Source: Rebecca billardiae RCC1528
Taxonomy: Eukaryota; Protista; Haptophyta
NCBI GenBank assembly: GCA_965240325.2
Contig: OZ251240.1
Coordinates: forward strand, 186,001-250,000
DNA: 64,000 nt
Direction: 5' to 3'
Shown here: positions 57,406-64,000 of the stretch, piece after piece
How the letters are laid out: every line of letters begins with the position of its first letter
Numbering within the stretch: position 1 is the stretch's first letter
Program-made: the position numbers and the translations under genes
Notes under the pieces: generated by a model
The model's input: only the letters and a program-made list of their open reading frames with translations
The model's database searches: none
What the model was told of the DNA's origin: nothing

Positions 57406-58186
57406 ATGTCGGTGATCGAGAAGCCGATCGTGTACGGCACCGTCGCCTTCTGGCTGGGCAAGAAGGCGGAGGAGGCCAAGTCGCACCGCTGGACGTGCTA
57501 CGTGCGCGCGAACCGGCCGGACGAGGACCTGGGGCACTACGTGCGCAAGGTGGTGTTCCAGCTGCACCCGTCGTTCAGCCCGGCGACGCGGGGTGCGCGC
57601 GCGTGCGCGGCGCCCACCCCGCCGCCAGCCCCTCCTCCGCCCGCGCACGGGCCCCACGCTCATCGGTGCCGCGTGCGCCGCGCGCGACACGCCGCGCGGT
57701 GCGCACCTCGGCGCGCGCGGCGCTCACTCGCCGCCGCCCGCAGTGGTGGAGAAGGCGCCGTTCGAGGTGACGGAGCACGGCTGGGGCGAGTTCGACATCG
57801 GCGTGCAGATCCACTTCGCCGACCCCACCGAGTCCCCCGTCGACATCTCCGTCCCCCTCCGCCTGTACCCGGAGACGGGCGAGCAGCTCGTCCCCAAGCG
57901 CGCGGTCGTGGCTGAGCGGTACGACGAGCTCGTGTTCAACGAGCCGAGCGAGACGCTGCGCGCGAAGCTGCTGCTGGCGAACAAGCCGGGGATGGGCTGG
58001 TCGAACCACCCGCTCGCGGAGCACTGGACCGCGTACGAGCCCGCGCACGAGGCGGCCAAGCTGCAGGGCCTGCACGAGAAGGTGGCGGCCACGCTCGAGA
58101 GCACCGCCAAGCGCAAGGCGGAGCTCGAGGCGGAGGTCAAGGCGCTGCACGGCGAGATCTCGCAGCTGGAGAACAAGATGCGCTGA
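57406..58186 (+). CDS. YAF9: YEATS-domain protein Yaf9/GAS41 (YEATS4); join(57406..57592,57744..58186)
   Basis: KPIVYGT.A..LG, HRWTCYVR, KVVFQLHPSF, PFEVTEHGWGEF and YDELVFNEP, plus a C-terminal coiled coil. The 151-bp GTGCGC..CGCAG intron restores the frame. Confidence 0.92.
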
Positions 58187-60664
58187 GCGCCCGGCGGGGG
58201 AGCCGAAGGATGGGCCGCGCGTGCCGTGTCGCGCGGCGCTGGGGCTCGTGCTCTCGTCGCATCGTCTGCTGATCGCTCGCGGCCGGCGGGTAGAAGGCAG
58301 CTGGCCGCTCAGCAGCCTCAGCTGCGTCTTCCTCTTAGTCTTACGCGCGCTGCTGCCTGCTTGTGCTTACGGCAGCTGACGCCTTACTACTGCGCACAAA
58401 AAGTATAAGACTGCTGCGCTGGAGTGCTGCTGCTCACTATGCCTCACGAGTCACTTGCCGGCTCCGATGGCCGCCCGCAACACATATGCAGCCTGCGCTA
58501 TGCGACACATCACTGGCACCGGCCGCCGGCGGCCCGGCGCCCAGCCCGGAGCCCCGCCGCGGCGCCCCGCGCCGCCTGCCGGCGGCTAGCCGTGACACCG
58601 GCCCGCGCCGTAGAGTATATAATCATCGTCGTCGGGCGCATGGCGGTCGAGCGCATCGCGCGTCGTCATCAGGCACTCATGGCGCACGCCCCCCCCCCCG
58701 AAAGGTCTGAGCGTGAGCGAAAGCCGGGGGGGGGGCGGCGCACGTGCTCCGCAAAATCAAAAAGAGGATGCGCGCAGGATTTTGGGGATTTTTGTAGGTT
58801 GATTCAGATGTGACCGGACCGCCCCTAGTGGACGCATTTCGCTGCCAATGATTGCTTTTGTAGTAGATGCTAATTTGAACGATAGTAACACTTAGGGGAA
58901 TGCAGGGTGGAATAGCACATAACACCAGCCGTGTGTTCGAACATTCCGTCATAGTAAGATGCTTGAATTGTAAGAGCCTGAAACAGCTCGCCAACCATAG
59001 AAAAGAGAGGTTCGGTCGGCTTTTATGTCGCTTGAAGTAAAGTATTGCCGGCATCTGAAGTCATGAACCGTCGCTTCTCAGTGGCGGATATCATCAGGTT
59101 ATGGCGCGATGTTCTAGGGCACGCGATCCGCATCGTTTCGCACGAACCCTCGCGGGCGACGAGATATATCATTGACGCGGGTAGCCCTAAGGCGTTCCCG
59201 TTCCCGCGCGCGATTCATAACCGTATCTTTTCTGATTACTATAGTTATCTCCCGTCGATTAATACTGCTCATCACTTACAGTATTGCTACAAAAGGCGCT
59301 GCCACTGCCTTGGCCACTGGCCACGCAAACGCGACGCGGGCTCGCGAACAGGCGGGCACTGCACACGATCGTTCAATCCGACCGAAGACTCAGCGCAGGT
59401 GCGCGCAGATCTGCGGCGGGTCCCAACGGCCGTCGGCATCGCATTCGTGCCTCGTTCACCCCGCGCGCCCCGCCCTGCCATGCCTCTTCGGCCCAGTGCG
59501 TTTTCCAACCGAGCACGTCGTCACTCGGTCGCACGAACGCGGCCGTTGTCGACCGGCTCGTAGCTGACCATTCGCGCGCCCGCGCGCGCCACGCCGCACG
59601 CAGCGCAGCTATGAGGCTCTCGGCATGTTCAGAAGTCGCTCGCCCAACCCTCACCGCTCACGCTCGCGCCGTCCATGACCATGGCCGAGCTGTGATGGCT
59701 GAGCCGCGTGCGGCGTGCTGACGGCTGCGCATGGCGGCGCGGCAAGCATTTGGCGCGCGAGCCGCGCGCTGACCGTGAGGAGGGGCTCTGGCGCTCACTC
59801 GACGGATGCCTGACCGTGCCTGACACGAGAGCCACAGGCTTAGATCTGCGAGCGGCGAGCCCGCGATGATGGCGAGTTGGCATATGCTACGGGCGACGCC
59901 GTGCTCCCCTCTCGCCCGTGCTCGCAGTAGTCCTCGCGCTCCGGGCCGTCGGCCGACAGCACCCGCGGCGGCACCGACGCGCACAGCCATGCAGCGGCCC
60001 TCGCACCGAGTGCATCGACGCGGCGGCGAGCCTGACAGACAAAGGCGTGCAAGGAGCGGCTACTGCGGCTGCGGGAGGTCGTAGATAGACAGGCTCGAGC
60101 CGCGGCTGCTCGCGACGCTCTTCCCCGCAGCGAGCTCGTCCGACGCTGCGCCGATCCCGCCGAGCGCGCGAGGCTGTGCGAGGCTGAGACGGGCCTGCCG
60201 AGCGCGATCTCCGCGCTGCGCGCGGCCACAGACAACAGGGCTGCCCGATGCGCACCGGGCGGAGGCGCTGCGGCTGCTGCGCGTCGAGTTCGACAGGCGG
60301 CGCAGCCCCCCGAGGCCCGGGCCGTCGACCGCGTCGATTACTCGCGCCCGCGCCTCCTGCACGGCGACGCGCCGGGCGCGCGCATCGTCATTCGGTGAAG
60401 AACGCGACGACTATTGCATACCAGTAGGGCCGTGCGCCCTCCGAACTTCGTTGTTTACTACCCGAAGATCGGCGTAGCCGATCATTATCATATATCAGAC
60501 TATACATATCAGTGATCAGGGCCCGCGCCGCGGATGAGCTGAGCAGTAGCCAGTACTCATTCAGCCTGCTGCGCGGAGCCCTGCAAGGCGAGTGCGCAGT
60601 GTGAGTGGGCCAGTGCACGGCAGTGGGACTCACTCGCGCATAGGCATCAGTGTCATCGTCTCAG

Positions 60665-61777
60665 TCACTCACTACCATCACTGTCGCCGGGCGGGCAGAG
60701 CGGCGACCAGTCGCCTGGCTGCGGGACGCCGCCGTCCGCCGGCGCGGCGAGGCAGCCGATCGCCATCGGCCCGTCGGGCGCGCTCTTGGCGCAGTGGTAC
60801 AGCAGCACGCGCGCGCCGTCCGCCGAGCGCGTGAGCCACGGCGTGCCGACCACGCAGCTCGTCCACGCGCCCGCGGCGCCGCCCGGCTCGAGCGCGGGGC
60901 CGCCGGGCTCGCGGCCAATCGGGAGGCGCGCCCACGAGCGCCCGCCGTCGGCGCTGTCGGCCAGCCCGATCCGGTGCGCCCCCTGCTCGTCCACGCCCTC
61001 GAACGCCAGCAGCAGCCGGCCGCGCGCGGGGAAGTCTGGAAGCACCGCGCGCGTGCCGATGCCGAGGGCGTCGAACGCGCCGGCCGGCCCGGGCTGCAGC
61101 ACGCAGCCCTCGCGCTCCCAGCGCGCGCCGGCGTCGTCGGTCCGCGCGGCGAACACGCGCCAGCGCGAGCCGTCGAACGCGTGGTACAGCATCCGCATCG
61201 ACCGCCCCGCCGCGCCGTCGAGCCGTATCAGCCTCGGCCACGCGCAGAAGAGGCCCTCGGACGGCTCCGGGCGCAGCACGGGCTCGGGCTCGCGCGTCCA
61301 CGAGCGGCCGCCGTCGGCGCTGCTCGCGCGGCCGATGCACATGCGCAGGCCCTTGATCGGGCGCTCGCCGATCCCCTCCGCCGCCACGCCGCTGCCGCCA
61401 AAGTAGTACATCGTCAGGCTGCCGTCGGGCGCGCGCGTCACGTCGCCCACGCCCACGTGCAACGAGTCCCACGCGCGTGCGTCCGGGGATGGGCCGAACA
61501 CGGCGCCACCGGGCAGCGCGCCGTCGACCTTGTGCCAGCTCACCCCGTCCGCGCTCTCGGCCAGGCCGCACAGCCCGGTCGGCACGAACGGCTTTGTCTC
61601 CCCGTCCGGCCAGAGCCCGTCGTTGCCGTAGTAGAGCATCGTGTACGGACCTCCCGCGCGGGCGGGCGGCAGGACGACCGGGTTGGCGACGTTCACGGAG
61701 TCGAAGCGGCCGGGCGAGGGGCGGAGGACGGGGCCGGTCAGCGCCGCGACCGCGAGCGCCACGTGCGCCAGCGGCAT
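60665..61777 (-). CDS. Five-bladed beta-propeller glycoside-hydrolase-like protein (GH32/43/130 clan-like)
   Basis: Repeated blades PVLRP..G.FD....NP.V, MLYYG, IG.A.SADG..W and VLQPG..GAFD; ATG at 61777 with a hydrophobic N-terminus. Confidence 0.75.
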   Translation of the reverse strand: MPLAHVALAVAALTGPVLRPSPGRFDSVNVANPVVLPPARAGGPYTMLYYGNDGLWPDGETKPFVPTGLCGLAESADGVSWHKVDGALPGGAVFGPSPDARAWDSLHVGVGDVTRAPDGSLTMYYFGGSGVAAEGIGERPIKGLRMCIGRASSADGGRSWTREPEPVLRPEPSEGLFCAWPRLIRLDGAAGRSMRMLYHAFDGSRWRVFAARTDDAGARWEREGCVLQPGPAGAFDALGIGTRAVLPDFPARGRLLLAFEGVDEQGAHRIGLADSADGGRSWARLPIGREPGGPALEPGGAAGAWTSCVVGTPWLTRSADGARVLLYHCAKSAPDGPMAIGCLAAPADGGVPQPGDWSPLCPPGDSDGSE

Positions 61778-61942
61778 GCCGCGCGCGGAATGAACACGTT
61801 GTTGGCGACTGACTTCGCGCCTTTCGCCCTTTCCGCACGATGGCGGACGGCTCCGCTGCAAGCCGCTTTCGTCGTTACGCGGGCCTGCGCGATTGATGAT
61901 TGCGACCTGTCGAAACAGCTCGCGAGTGTCGCGGCGGCTCTG

Positions 61943-62890
61943 ATGGTGGGCGCGGCGGCCGTCTACGAGCGCGCCGGCGGGCCACCCGCGGACCTCCCGC
62001 CGGAGATCCACGAGCGCTTCCGTCGGCTCGCGTACTTGCAGCGCCAGATCGACGTCCACCGCCACCTCCTCGACGGGCAGGAGCGGCTGCTCCGCGCGCA
62101 GGCCGTGGCGCCCGCGGACGACGGCGCGGCGATCGATTCGCGCGAGCTGCGCAGGCTGTCGCGCGACGTGCGCGCGCTCTCGGCGTCGATGGACGGCAAC
62201 ACGGCGCGGCTCGAGGCGCTGCGCTCGCAGACACGCGCCGTCGGCGACCTCGCCAACGAGGTCTCCGAGCTCGCCTCGAGCGCGACGCGCGCGCTCGTCA
62301 CATCGGCCGCGCTCCACTCAGGGCCGGATTCGTGGCGGCTGGCGCGCGAGCAGCCGGCCGGTCCGGGCAGCGCGGCGCAGGCGCAGGGCGGCAGGGGTGC
62401 GCTCGGCGCGGAGGACGCGTCGGCCGCCGCCTCGCTCCCGCCGCTGCCCGCCGCGTCGGCGCAGCTGCAGGAGGCGCGGCTGCGGATGGCTGCGCGCGGC
62501 CTGCGCGCCACCTCGCCCGCGGCCGGCGGCGACAGCGGCCGGCATCACATGTTCAGACGACTGCGCCGCGAGCCGGGCGGCCCGCGCGCCGCCGCGGCCA
62601 TCGCGGCCGTCGCCGCCGCCGCGCTCGCGCCCGACCTCGCCGCGGCCGACGAGCCCGGCGCGGCCGGCGGCGGCATCCCGCGCGCGCGCATGCGCTCTGC
62701 GCTCGTGCCGCGCGCGCTCGAGCGGCACGCAGACGACGTGTGCGCCGTGTGCCTGCACGGGATGCGCGCGGGGCAGGAGGTGGTCTCGCTCCCGGCGTGC
62801 GCGCACGACTTTCACGTGGCGTGCATCCGCGAGGCGTGCGCGCACCGCGCGGCGTGCCCGCTCTGCCGGACGGCGGTGCGGTGGTGGTGA
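61943..62890 (+). CDS. RING-H2 E3 ubiquitin ligase-like protein with N-terminal coiled coil
   Basis: C-terminal CAVC...CAHDFHVACI......CPLCR. Start at 61943 preferred; an alternative in-frame ATG lies at 61790. Confidence 0.8.
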   Translation: MVGAAAVYERAGGPPADLPPEIHERFRRLAYLQRQIDVHRHLLDGQERLLRAQAVAPADDGAAIDSRELRRLSRDVRALSASMDGNTARLEALRSQTRAVGDLANEVSELASSATRALVTSAALHSGPDSWRLAREQPAGPGSAAQAQGGRGALGAEDASAAASLPPLPAASAQLQEARLRMAARGLRATSPAAGGDSGRHHMFRRLRREPGGPRAAAAIAAVAAAALAPDLAAADEPGAAGGGIPRARMRSALVPRALERHADDVCAVCLHGMRAGQEVVSLPACAHDFHVACIREACAHRAACPLCRTAVRWW

Positions 62891-63456
62891 CGCCGCAGAC
62901 GGACGCTCCGCCAGAACGGACTCGGACGCGGCCGAGGCCCGTGCCGCCGAGGAGCGGCGGCGCCCCGATGCTTCAACTTGGCGAGCCTGACGAGGCTGCA
63001 GCGCCGCCAGCCGGGTGCAGCCTGCCACGTGCGGCCGGGCGCAGCGAATCCGGGGCGGGTGGTTGTCCCACTTGTCCGTGACCTGGGCTGACTGACTTGG
63101 TCATTGGACTCTTGCCACTTGCTGGTGAAACCCTCGTCAGATCCGACTACCCGGGAATCGGCGCTCGACAATGTTACTAGTAGGCCATTGATCATAGCCA
63201 CATTTAAATGGGAGCCGTTCAATTGACTAACGCCAGTCTGCGTCGGATAGCCCAGATTGGATTCTGATGGACCAGCGGACACGCTCATTGGCTGTTTTGG
63301 CGGCGTGGGTAATCCGCCTACAATTGGCGGGCCTTGGCCCATGACGACGATTCGCGCGGGGCGCCTATCCCCGTTGATTGTCCTTTGCCTGCCCTGCTGC
63401 CCCCTTTTCGTCGTCGCCACCCGCGCTTCCGACCAGCAGGCTCGAGCGCCGTCGCG

Positions 63457-64000
63457 ATGTGCCGGCTGATGGTGTACCGCGGGCCGCCCATCCTGATGGA
63501 GGAGCTGATCACCAAGCCGACGCGCTCGATCACCTCGCAGGCGCTGAAATGTGCGCCGCGCGCGCGCGGCGGCGCGCGCGGCGGCGCCTGCGGCGCCTGC
63601 TGACGCGACGCGCGCGCGCGGCGCGCGGCCCCGGCAGGCCAGGAGCGCACGCAGGGCTCGGTCAACGGCGATGGCTTCGGCATCGGCTGGTACGACGCGC
63701 CCTCGCCCGGCGCGCACGAGGCCGACGGGTGCGGCGCGGGCTCGGACGAGCCCGGGCTGTTCACGTCGGTGCAGCCGGCGTGGAACAACCTCAACCTGGG
63801 CCGGCTGGCGCGGAAGGTGCGCTCGCCGCTGATCTTCGCGCACGTGCGCGCGGCGTACCCCGGCATGCCCGTCGCCGAGGTCAACTGCCACCCGTTCACC
63901 TTCGGCCGGTACATGTGGATGCACAACGGCGGCGTCGCCTTCTTCAAAGGCGTGCGGCGCGCGCTCGAGGCCTCGCTGCGCGACGAGCTGTACGACTCGA
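63457..64000 (+). CDS. Class II glutamine amidotransferase (Dug3/EgtC-like), runs off the window; intron 63551..63637
   Basis: N-terminal nucleophile MCR, NGDGFGIGWY, AWNN.NL, FAHVRAA, NCHPF and MHNG. The intron has a GCTGAC branch-like site. Confidence 0.9.

Noticed and set aside
59560-60470. Possible gene on the minus strand
   Set aside because: Coding-like phrases are broken by in-frame stops and have no recognisable motif; at best a decayed pseudogene.

Overview
Very GC-rich, gene-dense eukaryotic nuclear DNA. The short GT(GCGC)...(GCG)CAG introns, Ala/Gly/Pro-rich proteins, AT-rich microsatellite spacers and TTAGGG repeats suggest a haptophyte alga such as Pavlovales/Diacronema (inference from style only). 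Most ORFs in the supplied track are shadow frames. About 20 real genes can be read: an atypical protein kinase, two glycosyltransferase-like secreted proteins, a SulP/SLC26-STAS-cNMP transporter, mitochondrial ATP synthase epsilon, GPALPP1, F-box-RCC1, FKBP15-like, a LYR-motif protein, Hsp10, a small membrane protein, F-box/LRR, two ankyrin proteins, a RecQ helicase, a 124-aa orphan, an SGNH esterase, an XK-related protein, YEATS/Yaf9, a beta-propeller glycosidase-like protein, a RING-H2 protein and a class-II glutamine amidotransferase. Positions 26280-40731 recur almost identically at 41870-56321 across a 200-N gap; this is probably a haplotype or contig overlap, but its right-hand breakpoint looks like a genuine rearrangement. 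The five most interesting signals are: (1) a LYR-protein ORF ending 11 nt before the FKBP15-like start, a candidate bicistronic mRNA; (2) an 862-bp Copia-derived element with inverted TG...CA ends, a 5-bp TSD and a 114-bp palindrome; (3) a ~965-bp GTAC-rich foldback element with telomeric repeats at its centre; (4) a kinase with a WNK-like displaced lysine; (5) an orphan heparanase 3' fragment at the duplication breakpoint.
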